From the NCBI GenBank assembly GCA_946410555.1, contig CAMKAT010000001.1, forward strand, positions 47,108 to 111,107: 64,000 nt of DNA, read 5' to 3'. Below, one piece after another: positions 29,236 to 39,424 of this stretch. The position numbers were made by a program, and so were the translations under genes. The notes under the pieces are model-generated. The model saw only the letters and a list, made by a program, of their open reading frames with translations, searched no databases and was not told where the DNA came from. Position 1 is the stretch's first letter. Every line of letters begins with the position of its first letter. The stretch comes from an uncultured Bacillales bacterium. Its GTDB lineage: Bacteria > Bacillota_I > Bacilli_A > RF39 > UBA660.

Positions 29236-29868
29236 ATGAGAAAAAAACTTGTATTAATCCTAACTATGTTAATATTAACAACAGGTTGTGTAAACATTCA
29301 AAATGCTTCTATTGAAGAAATAGTAAATGAAGTATTAAACAGTAAAGAGACTGGCTACAATCATACTAATGATGGGTTTAAATATTATTTACCATCAGGT
29401 ATTGATGTGATATATAAAGATGAGTATAATGAAATACTAAAGAGTAAAGGATATACTTACTATTTATATGTTGATTTAGTTAAATATATTAACAATAGTG
29501 TAGATACAGTTAAGGAAGAAAAAGATATTTATTATAGTCATGTATTTAAGAAAGATGATAACGAAGGTATAGTAAATGTTTATTTTAAAGAAAAGAATTC
29601 TTACTTAGTTGTGCTTGAATATAACCACGCTAAAGTAGAAGTTTATGTTAAAAAGCAAGATATTAATGATGCTGTAGCTAATGCAATAATTATTACTTCA
29701 TCTATTAATTATAATAAGAATATAATTCAAAATATGATAGGTAAAGACTTAACTACAGTTGAAGAAGAAGTAAACGTATTTGAAATCAAAGATGATAGCT
29801 CATCTACATTACAAATTGATGATACATATCATGAAGATGAGAAATACGATAGTGAGATTATTAGATAA
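29236..29868 (+). CDS. Lipoprotein of unknown function
   Basis: Lipobox LILTTGC at residues 14-20. Confidence 0.55.
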   Translation: MRKKLVLILTMLILTTGCVNIQNASIEEIVNEVLNSKETGYNHTNDGFKYYLPSGIDVIYKDEYNEILKSKGYTYYLYVDLVKYINNSVDTVKEEKDIYYSHVFKKDDNEGIVNVYFKEKNSYLVVLEYNHAKVEVYVKKQDINDAVANAIIITSSINYNKNIIQNMIGKDLTTVEEEVNVFEIKDDSSSTLQIDDTYHEDEKYDSEIIR

Positions 29869-29879
29869 GGAGAATTGTA

Positions 29880-30938
29880 ATGGGACTACTAGATAAAGTT
29901 AAAGGTATTCTATTTGATGAAACAGAAGAAGATGAAAACGTTGAAGAACTACCAAAAAGAGAACCTAAAAAGAATAAACATAAACAAAGTTTTATAGACT
30001 ACAACAAAGAAGAAGATACAATTAAAGAAGTTAAAGTCGACTATAATACTAAAGAAGAAAAGATGAGTTTTCCTGTTGATGACTTTGAACCTGTAACAAG
30101 AACTCGTTCTAATATTTCATACGATAGTTTTGAAGAACCAAAAAGAGAGATTCAAGAAGTTAAAAGAGAAATGCCTGAACCAGTTCGTCATATTGAACCA
30201 ACTCGTCCAAGTGTTACACAAGAAGTTAAACGTAAAGAACCTGAAACAAGAAGTAGATATGAACTACCTCCTAAAAAGGAGGTTGTACATGAACATAGAG
30301 ATTATAAGAAACTTCTTAATGATGCAAAAGAATCAGAGAAAAAACCATTTGTAGTTACTCCAATTATTAGTCCGGTATATGGAATAATTGATAAGAACTA
30401 CAAACCTGAAGAAATCGTAGAAAAGAAACCAGTTCAAATTGATCAAGTTCGTGAAAGAATGTTTGGACCAGTTAGTTATAATGCTGAACCAATTCCTGAA
30501 CCAATCAAATATGAAGAATCAAATGAAACTTTAACTGAAAAGTTAATTAAAGAAAATGAACGTATTAAAGCATCAGAAGAATTAGAACCAATTTCAGAAT
30601 TTGATGAAATCGTAGAAGAACCAACAATGGAAATTGATAACTCAAATGTTGTTGAAGAAATCCCTGAAGAAAAAACTTCACCATCACTTGATATTTCAGA
30701 TTTAATTAATGAAGTTGAATCAACAAATTATGATACTAATTCTTATGAAGAAGATTACTTCAAAGATGTAAAAGAGGAATATAGTAATAGTGACTATGCT
30801 GAAGAAGAACCAACTGAAGAATTTCATATAGAGGCTGAACCTAGAAAAGCTGAGGTTAAAGAACATCTAGACGATACAATTGAAACTGATCTTTTCAATT
30901 TAATAGATTCAATGTATAAAACAGATGAAAGGGAGTAA
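29880..30938 (+). CDS. Highly charged E/K/P-rich protein of unknown function with an amphipathic N-terminus (MGLLDKVKGILFDE)
   Basis: Low-complexity acidic or basic repeats; no TM segment. Confidence 0.4.
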   Translation: MGLLDKVKGILFDETEEDENVEELPKREPKKNKHKQSFIDYNKEEDTIKEVKVDYNTKEEKMSFPVDDFEPVTRTRSNISYDSFEEPKREIQEVKREMPEPVRHIEPTRPSVTQEVKRKEPETRSRYELPPKKEVVHEHRDYKKLLNDAKESEKKPFVVTPIISPVYGIIDKNYKPEEIVEKKPVQIDQVRERMFGPVSYNAEPIPEPIKYEESNETLTEKLIKENERIKASEELEPISEFDEIVEEPTMEIDNSNVVEEIPEEKTSPSLDISDLINEVESTNYDTNSYEEDYFKDVKEEYSNSDYAEEEPTEEFHIEAEPRKAEVKEHLDDTIETDLFNLIDSMYKTDERE

Positions 30939-30942
30939 TTAA

Positions 30943-31257
30943 ATGGAAGTATTAAGCACAGTATTACCAATAGTTATTGATTGTTTACTTTGTTGTTTAC
31001 TAGTAGCTATCATAGTTCTAATTATTAAAGTAATTGGAATTATAGATGATGCTCGTTTACTTATCGATAATATAATTGATAAAGTAAATACAGTTAATGG
31101 ACTATTTAAAGTAATTAAAAGAATTGATACTGGAATCAATGGTGTAGCTAAAAGAATAGTAGACATCATAGAACGTGCTATTAATAAACTACCTAGTAAT
31201 AATAAAACCAGTGATGAAGAAATTGAATTAGAAGAAATTTTGAAAGGAAGGAAATAA
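30943..31257 (+). CDS. DUF948/YtxG-like small membrane protein
   Basis: One N-terminal TM and a coiled C-terminus; paired with the YtxH-like gene, as in the Bacillus ytxGHJ operon. Confidence 0.4.
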   Translation: MEVLSTVLPIVIDCLLCCLLVAIIVLIIKVIGIIDDARLLIDNIIDKVNTVNGLFKVIKRIDTGINGVAKRIVDIIERAINKLPSNNKTSDEEIELEEILKGRK

Positions 31258-31259
31258 GA

Positions 31260-31655
31260 ATGGCAAAGGGTAATTTTGGAAAATTTGTTTTAGGACTTGG
31301 AATTGGAGCTTGTGTTGGAGCTCTACTTACTCCAAGAACAGGAGAAGAAAATAGAAAACTTTTAAAAGAGAAAGCAAATGATGCTTATGGTAAAGCAAAA
31401 CAAATCGATTTTGATGCTTTAAAAACTAAATTATATGACGAATACTATGGTTTAAAAGAAAAACTTGAAACTATGGATCAAGAACAAGCTAAAGAATTCG
31501 CTTATGAAAAAGCAAAAGAATTAGAAGCAAAAGCAGATAAAGTTATTGCTAAAGCAATCGAAGAAAATAAACCAAAAGTAGAAAAATCACTAATTGAGCT
31601 TAAGAAAAAATTAGCTGTTACTTTAAAAGATTTATCAAAGAAATTAGAAGACTAA
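31260..31655 (+). CDS. YtxH-like general stress protein (DUF948 family)
   Basis: MAKGNFGKFVLGLGIGACVGALLTPRTGEENRK N-terminus typical of YtxH; 131 aa. Confidence 0.55.
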   Translation: MAKGNFGKFVLGLGIGACVGALLTPRTGEENRKLLKEKANDAYGKAKQIDFDALKTKLYDEYYGLKEKLETMDQEQAKEFAYEKAKELEAKADKVIAKAIEENKPKVEKSLIELKKKLAVTLKDLSKKLED

Positions 31656-31734
31656 TCTTCTAATTTTTTTTATTTAGTCTTATTGAATATAAATATTTGA
31701 TACTTTATAATTATTATAGGAAGGAATTGATAAT

Positions 31735-32730
31735 ATGGATGAGACTAAAAATGTAAATCAAGTAAGTGCAAATACGCCACCTCAAAAGATTGAAGTCGAA
31801 CCAGTTCAAACTGAAGGATCAATTCCAATCTCAGAAGTTCAAGCGATACCAGTTCAACCAGTAACACAGGTAGAACCAAAAACTCCAACTTCTGCACAAA
31901 CTGCAACAAGCGTTGATATTCCAGTTCCAGAAACTCCAAAAGAAGTCGTAGAAACTAATATTAAAGAAGGAGAAATTGTTCCTGAAACTGATGTTGAAGT
32001 ACTGGTAGAAAACAAAGAACTTAAAACTATTGAAACTACTAATACTAAAAAGAAACTTAAGATTAATTTAAGTTTTTTGAATAAAAAAATACCATTTTTA
32101 TTTGTGGTAGTAATCGCAGTGTTAACACTTTTAATTGGAGTTACTCTAGGGTCTACATTATTTCCAAAGACAGTATATTCTAATGCAACTTCATCAACTG
32201 CTAACAAAAATACATCAGCACGTGTTAGCGATGGAAAGAATAATAAAACAATCGCTGGTGATTATACATTCAGTATTCCAGATAAATACTATTATGATAA
32301 AACAAATAATGGTGTATTAGTATATGATACTAATGATACATTTAGAATATTTATTAAACCAATCGAAGTAAATTATGATGATATAGCTAATGCTAAGACT
32401 AGTATTAAAGCTACACTTAATAATGCAGATATCAGAGTGTCTAGTATTAAAGAGATTACTGTTAACGATCATTCATATTTAGTTGCAGAAACTATAGATA
32501 ACTTACAAAATAGACTTTTAGCATTTACTAAAGGTGGAGATAACAGCTTCTATTTTGAAATTGTAACTGAGGCTAATAAGTATGATTATGATTGCTTAGA
32601 TCTTGCAGATGATATTGCAAGTAATGCTGAAGCCATAGGCCAAAAATCAACTATGGAATCAATCACAGTTAATGATATTTCTAAGTTAATTATATCTACA
32701 GCAAATGCTTATAAGTCACTTGAAAGTTAG
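31735..32730 (+). CDS. Bitopic membrane protein with a P/V/T/E-rich cytoplasmic N-region and an extracellular C-domain
   Basis: Single TM at about residues 120-145. Confidence 0.4.
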   Translation: MDETKNVNQVSANTPPQKIEVEPVQTEGSIPISEVQAIPVQPVTQVEPKTPTSAQTATSVDIPVPETPKEVVETNIKEGEIVPETDVEVLVENKELKTIETTNTKKKLKINLSFLNKKIPFLFVVVIAVLTLLIGVTLGSTLFPKTVYSNATSSTANKNTSARVSDGKNNKTIAGDYTFSIPDKYYYDKTNNGVLVYDTNDTFRIFIKPIEVNYDDIANAKTSIKATLNNADIRVSSIKEITVNDHSYLVAETIDNLQNRLLAFTKGGDNSFYFEIVTEANKYDYDCLDLADDIASNAEAIGQKSTMESITVNDISKLIISTANAYKSLES

Positions 32731-32732
32731 AG

Positions 32733-32761
32733 TTGACGAGTAATAAAATTTATTCTATAAT
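32733..32761 (+). promoter_or_regulatory. SigA-type promoter for T-box-tyrS
   Basis: -35 TTGACG, 17-nt spacer, -10 TATAAT. Confidence 0.5.
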
Positions 32762-32767
32762 TAACTC

Positions 32768-32919
32768 AATTGATGAAGAAAGGCCTTACAACCCTGGAGT
32801 CAAATCGTGTATTCGCGTTAAGGATTTAAAGATGATTATAAAGATCATGAAGTAGGATGGTACCACGAGTTAAATCGTTCCTACATCATGGTCTTTTTTT
32901 ATTAGAAAGAAGGAATATT
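32768..32919 (+). ncRNA. T-box riboswitch leader (tyrosine, specifier UAC)
   Basis: T-box AGGATGGTACCACGAG at 32854-32869; candidate specifier TAC at 32787-32789; terminator arms GATCATGAAGTAGG and CCTACATCATGGTC followed by T7. Confidence 0.75.
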
Positions 32920-34110
32920 ATGGCAATGACATGTTATGAAGATTTAATGTACAGAGGTCTTATTAAAGATATGACTAATAATGAAGACTTCGAAAAGAAA
33001 TTAAATGAAGGTGGAATGACTTTTTATTGGGGAACTGATCCAACCGCAGACTCACTTCATATTGGACATTATTCATCTCTTTTAACTGCTAAGAGACTTA
33101 AAAAGTATGGACATCATCCAATTCTTTTAGTAGGTGGAGCAACAGCCTTAATCGGAGATCCAAGACCAACTGCTGAAAGAGAAATAATTGATAAAAAAGT
33201 CGTAGAATCAAATATCGAAGGAATAAAGAAACAAGTGTTAGATTTATTTGATAATGATGTTGAAGTAGTTAATAACTATGATTGGATTAAAGATTTTACT
33301 TTTATAGATTTCCTAAGAGATGTAGGTAAATACATTAATGTTAACTACATGTTAAATAAAGATATTATTTCAAGAAGATTAGAAACTGGTATTACATATG
33401 CAGAATTTTCTTATACATTATTACAAGGATATGACTTTGTTCATTTATTTAAAGAAAAAAATTGTATAATGCAAGCTGCTGGTTCTGACCAATGGGGTAA
33501 TATTACTACTGGGGTAGAATTAATTGGTAAAATGTTAGGAAAAGAAGCATATGCATTTACTATGCCATTAATCTTAGATGCTAATGGTAATAAATTTGGT
33601 AAATCTGAGGGTAATGCTTTATGGTTAAATAAAGATAAAACTCCTTCATATGATATTTATCAATACTTAATTAACTCTAGTGATACTAAAGTTGAAGAAT
33701 ACTTAAAAGTATTTACTTTCTTAACAAAAGAAGAAATCGAAGATTTAATGGCTAAACATATGGAAAAACCAGAATTAAGATTAGCTCAAAAAACTTTAGC
33801 TTATGAGTTTATTAAAGATTTACATGGTGAAGAAGAAGCAAAAGCTGCAAAAGCTAAGAGTGAAGCTTTATTCGGAGGTTCTACTGAAGATTTAGAAGCA
33901 ACTGAAGTTCATGCAGAATCGAGAAATATCTTAGATATCATGTTAGCTGCTGAACTTATTCCATCAAAGAGCGAAGGAAGAAGACTTGTTGAACAAGGTG
34001 GAGTTTCAGTTGATAATGAAAAAATCTTAGATCCAAAAGCAGAAGTAACTAAAGATGAATTTGTACTTCAAAAGGGTAAGAAAAAGATTGTTAAAATTAA
34101 ATTAGTATAA
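32920..34110 (+). CDS. tyrS: Tyrosyl-tRNA synthetase
   Basis: HIGH (SLHIGHY), KMSKS-like KFGKSEGN, C-terminal S4-like domain. Start moved to the ATG at 32920; the track start at 32857 lies in the T-box motif. Confidence 0.95.
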   Translation: MAMTCYEDLMYRGLIKDMTNNEDFEKKLNEGGMTFYWGTDPTADSLHIGHYSSLLTAKRLKKYGHHPILLVGGATALIGDPRPTAEREIIDKKVVESNIEGIKKQVLDLFDNDVEVVNNYDWIKDFTFIDFLRDVGKYINVNYMLNKDIISRRLETGITYAEFSYTLLQGYDFVHLFKEKNCIMQAAGSDQWGNITTGVELIGKMLGKEAYAFTMPLILDANGNKFGKSEGNALWLNKDKTPSYDIYQYLINSSDTKVEEYLKVFTFLTKEEIEDLMAKHMEKPELRLAQKTLAYEFIKDLHGEEEAKAAKAKSEALFGGSTEDLEATEVHAESRNILDIMLAAELIPSKSEGRRLVEQGGVSVDNEKILDPKAEVTKDEFVLQKGKKKIVKIKLV

Positions 34111-34115
34111 AAAAA

Positions 34116-34150
34116 TAAGTAGAAGTTAAATAACTTCTACTTTTTCATTT
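34116..34150. terminator. Bidirectional terminator between tyrS and the convergent minus-strand gene
   Basis: GTAGAAGTTA-AA-TAACTTCTAC flanked by A/T runs. Confidence 0.65.
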
Positions 34151-34472
34151 CTTTAATATATCTTTTTAATTGTTTTGAATTAGGTCCAAGTATAATCTTT
34201 AATTGATTATCTATTTCAACAATTCCTTGAGCTCCTAATTTAGTTAAACCTTCTTTATCAGCAAGACTGATATCTTTAAGTGTAACTTTGAATCTAGACA
34301 TTGTAGATTCAGAATCTAATATATTATCTTTTCCTCCAAGACATTTAACTAGTTTATTAATATCCATATTAAAGTCTTTATGATTTAATTTTACAATTAC
34401 AAGTGCAATTATTAATAATACTCCAACAATAATGGCGTATTGCATTATATACTCTGTATTCATATTTATCAC
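34137..34472 (-). CDS. Membrane-anchored PTS EIIB(Glc)-like domain protein in which the phospho-Cys position is Thr
   Basis: The C-terminal 75 aa align to E. coli PtsG IIB (GGKENITNLDACITRLRV against GGKDNILDSESTMSRFKV), with C replaced by T at the phosphorylation site; N-terminal TM; RBS AGGTGA. Confidence 0.6.
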   Translation of the reverse strand: MINMNTEYIMQYAIIVGVLLIIALVIVKLNHKDFNMDINKLVKCLGGKDNILDSESTMSRFKVTLKDISLADKEGLTKLGAQGIVEIDNQLKIILGPNSKQLKRYIKEMKK

Positions 34473-34550
34473 CTAAAAATATAATACAATAAAAACATTA
34501 ATATTTCAATTCCCCCAAAATAATTGTATAATTTAGAAAGGTGATACGTA

Positions 34551-35345
34551 ATGAAAAAAGTATTATTTAGAGTATTTGCTTATTTAATAGACGCATTTAT
34601 CTTAGGACTTATAATGACTATTTTAGTTACCTTTATTCCATTCTTTAATAATGATAAAATAACTGAACTAGCAAAAAGTAATACATCTGAAGTTAAAGAA
34701 TATACTGAGTTTAGTATAAAGTTAGATTCTTATTTAGAAGATTCTAAAATAACTAATGAAGAATTTGATTCTATCAAAGAACATTTTCCAATTCTTTCTG
34801 ATGAATTAAAAGATCTTGTTGATAAAGATACTTCTAAAGAAGAAGTAGTTACTAAAATAACTAATAGAGTTAAAAAAGATATGATTACTTTAGAATATAA
34901 AACAAGTAGATTAAGTCTAGCTAGATATATTTTAGAATTTATCTTAACTGTTATTTATTTAGGATATATTCAATTTGTTCTTAAAGGACAAACCTTAGGT
35001 AAGAAGTGGTTAAGATTATACGTAGTTAATGATTCTAATGAAGTACCATCATTAAAGGTATTCTTAATTAGAAGTTTATTTACATCTACAGTTATATTCT
35101 CACTTATAAATTCAATTGTTTCTTTATGTGTTAAGAATAATGTTTACTTCAATGTATATAAGTATTTATCAGGTATATCTACTTTATATGTCGTAGGTAT
35201 ATTTGCATTTATATTATTTAGAGATGATCAAAAAGGATTACATGATTTACTTCTTCATACTCATATTAAATTATTGAATAAAGATAATACTGAATATGTA
35301 CAAGAAGTATTCAATGAAGGTAAAGATGAAAAAGATTCTAATTAA
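34551..35345 (+). CDS. RDD-family membrane protein
   Basis: N-terminal [18 protein letters not shown]-type motif; 264 aa with several TM helices. Confidence 0.55.
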   Translation: MKKVLFRVFAYLIDAFILGLIMTILVTFIPFFNNDKITELAKSNTSEVKEYTEFSIKLDSYLEDSKITNEEFDSIKEHFPILSDELKDLVDKDTSKEEVVTKITNRVKKDMITLEYKTSRLSLARYILEFILTVIYLGYIQFVLKGQTLGKKWLRLYVVNDSNEVPSLKVFLIRSLFTSTVIFSLINSIVSLCVKNNVYFNVYKYLSGISTLYVVGIFAFILFRDDQKGLHDLLLHTHIKLLNKDNTEYVQEVFNEGKDEKDSN

Positions 35346-35532
35346 ACTAATTGAACTTTATCAAGCAACACCAATTAGTGCTCATAGTAGTTGTAAGTTT
35401 ACTCCGACATGTTCTGAATATACTAAAGAAGCTATTCAAAAATATGGATCACTAAGAGGTACATTCAAAGGAATAAAAAGAATACTAAGATGTAATCCAT
35501 TTAATAAAGGTGGATACGATCCAGTAAAGTAG
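35326..35532 (+). CDS. yidD: Membrane protein insertion efficiency factor YidD
   Basis: [12 protein letters not shown]...[13 protein letters not shown] conserved YidD motifs; start uncertain (35296, 35314 or 35326). Confidence 0.8.
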   Translation: MKKILIKLIELYQATPISAHSSCKFTPTCSEYTKEAIQKYGSLRGTFKGIKRILRCNPFNKGGYDPVK

Positions 35533-35539
35533 GGATGAT

Positions 35540-36034
35540 ATGGGATTAATAATTAATTTAATAGTAGTAGCTTTAATCGTAGGGTTATTAACTTTCTTTT
35601 ATTGTATTTTTTATAACAAACTTATTACTCATAAGAATAAAGCTAATATAGTATGGAATAACATAGTAAAAGAAGTTAATGTAAGATTTAATCTTATAAC
35701 TCAACTAAGAGATGCAACAGCTACTATCGTAGATGAAGAAACAAAGAATAATTTAAATAGAGTAATAGATAGTTATAAAACTAAAGTAGCAATCGAAGAT
35801 ATAATTAATGTTTATTATGAAGCAAATGCAATCATAGTAAATGTATTATCTAAGATTAATAGTGTTGAATGGAATAATGCATTTAATGATTCCTTTAATA
35901 GAATTGAAGAATTAAGAAGAGAATATAATGATGTTATTCTAAAGATAAATAATTTAGTTAAGATGTTTCCAACAAGCTTAATAGCTAAGATAAATGGAAT
36001 AGCACCTTGGATCTTCTTTAGAGGAGTAGAATAA
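35540..36034 (+). CDS. lemA: LemA-family protein
   Basis: N-terminal TM followed by a LemA-like region (YNKLI...VWNNI). Confidence 0.6.
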   Translation: MGLIINLIVVALIVGLLTFFYCIFYNKLITHKNKANIVWNNIVKEVNVRFNLITQLRDATATIVDEETKNNLNRVIDSYKTKVAIEDIINVYYEANAIIVNVLSKINSVEWNNAFNDSFNRIEELRREYNDVILKINNLVKMFPTSLIAKINGIAPWIFFRGVE

Positions 36035-36035
36035 A

Positions 36036-36066
36036 AAAACTAGCAATTATTTGCTAGTATTTTTTA
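36036..36066. terminator. Bidirectional terminator
   Basis: AACTAGCAA-TTAT-TTGCTAGT flanked by A and T runs. Confidence 0.65.
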
Positions 36067-36709
36067 TGTATTCATTATAAGCAAGTATATCTACATTTTT
36101 ATAATCATTTTTAATTTTTAAATCATTCTTTTTAAATAGTTTTTCCATAAATCTATTTAGTAGATATGGATTTCTAATAAATAGTGGTCCTAAGAAGTAA
36201 GTACCATAGAATTCATTAACATGAATACCATCTTTATTAATAAAGAAGTGATCTTTAATCTTAGCTTCACTATTTCTATTAACAAATGCAATAATAGGAG
36301 AATTAATAACTTCATTGTTTTCAATTACTTTTTCTTCAACTACATATTCTTTTAAATATAAAGTTTTAAATGGTAATAAATTTAAGCATTCTTTATTATC
36401 AATAGATTCTCCGAATAATTCAAATGAATTACCAGTAGCTATTATAAATTTATCTTTAAATAACTTTTTTAATTGAAATTGATATTTTAATATATCTTGA
36501 CGAGCAAGTTCTTGAGATTCTCTAGAACCATTACCAATATATATTAAACTATATTTATTAAAATCTATTTTATCTTTGATAGATAATCTATCTATTTCAT
36601 ATTTAACATTTTGGTTATCTAAGTAATCTCTGATAGCAACCATGTTTCCATCTTCACCAGATAGATTCATTAAATCATAATATAAATGTAATATCTTAAT
36701 ACTTTTCAT
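36047..36709 (-). CDS. gatD: Lipid II isoglutaminyl synthase, glutaminase subunit GatD (CobQ-type GATase)
   Basis: CobB/CobQ-like GATase domain, 220 aa, translationally coupled downstream of the murT-like gene. Confidence 0.7.
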   Translation of the reverse strand: MKSIKILHLYYDLMNLSGEDGNMVAIRDYLDNQNVKYEIDRLSIKDKIDFNKYSLIYIGNGSRESQELARQDILKYQFQLKKLFKDKFIIATGNSFELFGESIDNKECLNLLPFKTLYLKEYVVEEKVIENNEVINSPIIAFVNRNSEAKIKDHFFINKDGIHVNEFYGTYFLGPLFIRNPYLLNRFMEKLFKKNDLKIKNDYKNVDILAYNEYIKNTSK

Positions 36710-38061
36710 TATTTAACCTCCTTAAGAGATTCAAGGATTGGTCCCATAGTATCAACGAATACCATTGAATAAATATTTCCTTTAGAATTATTCTTAATCT
36801 TTTTAAGTAAATTATTTCTATAATCATCTACTAAGATGATTTTCTTTTTATTTACTTTATTATGAATAAGTACTGAATATATATCATATTTAAACTTACC
36901 AATAACATATATTTTATCTATAGACTTATCATCTAAGACACTAAAGTTAATATCATATAACCAAGATAAATCATTGAACTTATATCTTCTTGATACATTA
37001 TCAAAACCAATAATTACAGTTTTATCTCCAGGCATACTTTTAATATAAGAAAGACTTGATTCATAACTTAAATTATTTTCATGTTTAGAATCTAACATTT
37101 CAATTCTTCTTTTACCTAGGTATGGGAATTCTTCAAGTTTAGATGAGAATGTATCGAAAGATTTAATAATTTGTTGATCCTCTAAACCTAATTCTTTTAG
37201 TAGAGCATATGCAGCAGTAAAAGCATAAGCACTAAACATAAAGCTTGAATTAATATTTACTTTATTACCATTAATCTTTAATGTTCTAGAAAGTAGGTTA
37301 ACATTACTTCCTTCATATTTAATAGGATCTCTTCTGAATGTACATTTAGGACATTTATAATCACCAAGATGACCATAATGATAATAGTTATATTTAATCT
37401 TTGAACCACACTTAGGACAATAAGCACCATCAACTGGAATAGTAGGACTACTAGTATCTCCCTTAGTTTTAGCTATTCCGTATTTAACTAGCTTACCAGT
37501 ATGATCTATTGTGAATCTATTAACTAGAATATCATCACCATTAATAATTAATTCAGTATCATTATCAATTGAACCTAAGATTTTTTTATAAACTACTTCA
37601 GGAGCTCCATTACGAGCGACTTGATCTCTTGTTAAATTAGTTACTACTAAGTGAGTTAATTTATTCTTATCAAATACTTTATTAATATATGATTCATCAA
37701 GTTCCATTAATACAATATCTGCTTTTATCTTTTTACTTATTACACTTGTATTATTTAAAAATAGAGTAGCAGCAGCGTTATAAAGATTAGAACCATTCTT
37801 ATTCCAAACTACATTATAACCATTTTCCTTTAAAACATGAGCTACTAATTTAGTAGTAGTTCCTTTACCTGATGAACCAGTAATACCAATACGTAATTCA
37901 GGATATTCAAGTTCATTTAAAATATTCTTATTTATCTTAGATGCATAATAACCTGGAGTAACTGATCCATCTTTCTTAAGTATTGGTTTTAATACTTTGC
38001 AACCAACACTTATAGTTTTATTAACAATAATTGCTAAGCTATTTTTCATAAGTATCACCAT
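36709..38061 (-). CDS. murT: Lipid II isoglutaminyl synthase, Mur-ligase-like subunit MurT
   Basis: Mur ligase ATP-binding region (GITGSSGKGTT), Cys4 zinc ribbon (CPKCGSKIKYNYYHYGHLGDYKCPKC), DUF1727-like C-terminus. Confidence 0.75.
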   Translation of the reverse strand: MVILMKNSLAIIVNKTISVGCKVLKPILKKDGSVTPGYYASKINKNILNELEYPELRIGITGSSGKGTTTKLVAHVLKENGYNVVWNKNGSNLYNAAATLFLNNTSVISKKIKADIVLMELDESYINKVFDKNKLTHLVVTNLTRDQVARNGAPEVVYKKILGSIDNDTELIINGDDILVNRFTIDHTGKLVKYGIAKTKGDTSSPTIPVDGAYCPKCGSKIKYNYYHYGHLGDYKCPKCTFRRDPIKYEGSNVNLLSRTLKINGNKVNINSSFMFSAYAFTAAYALLKELGLEDQQIIKSFDTFSSKLEEFPYLGKRRIEMLDSKHENNLSYESSLSYIKSMPGDKTVIIGFDNVSRRYKFNDLSWLYDINFSVLDDKSIDKIYVIGKFKYDIYSVLIHNKVNKKKIILVDDYRNNLLKKIKNNSKGNIYSMVFVDTMGPILESLKEVK

Positions 38062-38171
38062 TTACATTATATCATGTTAAGTACTTTAAGATAACCCGAA
38101 AATATAGAGTTTATCTTTTATTTTAATAATACTTATAGTATAATTTATAAAAGATATGGAAGGTGCTAAAC

Positions 38172-39413
38172 ATGAGAGAGATTATTGCATCCATCGATAT
38201 TGGTGGAGAAAAAATTAAACTTGTTGTTGCTGAAATACTTCGTGATAAGCTTAATATTTTATGCGCATTAAGTGAAGAATCTCGTGGTGTTAAGAAGGGT
38301 GCAATTTGTGAACCTGATGAAACTGGATATGCTTTAAAGAAATTACTTAAGAAAGCTGAAGAAATGTTAGGTACTAAAATATCTAAAGCATTAGTAACAG
38401 TTAATGAAGACTCTGCTGACTTTAAAGTTGGTGAAGGAACTATTACTATTACTAGCGATGATAAAGAAATAAGTGTTGGAGATATAACACGTGTTTTAAA
38501 GCAATCAGTAGGAGAAAACATTCATAAAGGTAATGACCTAGTAACAGTAGTTCCTATTTCATTTAAAGTAGATGGAGTAAAAGTACATAATCCAAAAGAA
38601 ATGAAAGGATCTAAACTATCTGTTAAAAGTGTAATAGTTTCAGTTCCTAAAAGAGAGATATATACAACTGCTAAAACTTTAGAAAAAGTAGGAGTAGAAG
38701 TAGTAGATGTAATTATTCCATCAATTGGTACTTATTGGGCACATAAGAATGTATCTACTGATACTGAAACAGGTATTATTATTGACCTTGGATATGATAC
38801 TACTAAGATATCTGTATTTAATAAAGGTATTATTGTTAATAACTTAGTTATTGGTGTTGGTGGTAAAAACGTTGATAATGATATTTCATTTATATATAAA
38901 GTTACTAAAGAACAAGCATGTGACTTAAAGAAAAAGTTAGCACTTGCTAACAAGAAAAATGCTAGAGAATCAGAAAAAGTAACTCTTGTTAATACTTTAG
39001 GACAAAAGATAACTATCAATCAAAAAGAGTTAACAGAAGTAGTTATGAGCCGCTTTAGAGAGATACTAAACATGGCCAAAAACGAAATTAACTACTTAAC
39101 AAAGAAAGAAATTAGTTATATAATTATAAGTGGAGGATTGAGTGAAACTCGTGACTTTCCTTTAGAAGTAGAAAGTGTATTTGGAACCAAAGCAAATGCT
39201 GGGAAGATAATGGTTGTAGGTGCACGTAGTAATGAATACGCCACAGCTATCGGAATGATTAAGTTTTTTGATTATAAACTTAAACTTAGAGATAGAGACT
39301 TTTCAACATTTACTCAAGATGAAATAGACATTATATGTGGTGGTGGAGAAAAAAGAATTAATTTAGGGGATTCTGTACTAGGAAAAGTATTTGGAATTTT
39401 CTTTGATAATTAA
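38172..39413 (+). CDS. ftsA: Cell division protein FtsA
   Basis: Actin-like ATPase motifs ([27 protein letters not shown]); directly upstream of ftsZ; start at the ATG at 38172, because the track GTG at 38163 lies inside RBS GGAAGGTG. Confidence 0.9.
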   Translation: MREIIASIDIGGEKIKLVVAEILRDKLNILCALSEESRGVKKGAICEPDETGYALKKLLKKAEEMLGTKISKALVTVNEDSADFKVGEGTITITSDDKEISVGDITRVLKQSVGENIHKGNDLVTVVPISFKVDGVKVHNPKEMKGSKLSVKSVIVSVPKREIYTTAKTLEKVGVEVVDVIIPSIGTYWAHKNVSTDTETGIIIDLGYDTTKISVFNKGIIVNNLVIGVGGKNVDNDISFIYKVTKEQACDLKKKLALANKKNARESEKVTLVNTLGQKITINQKELTEVVMSRFREILNMAKNEINYLTKKEISYIIISGGLSETRDFPLEVESVFGTKANAGKIMVVGARSNEYATAIGMIKFFDYKLKLRDRDFSTFTQDEIDIICGGGEKRINLGDSVLGKVFGIFFDN

Positions 39414-39424
39414 GGAGTGAATTT

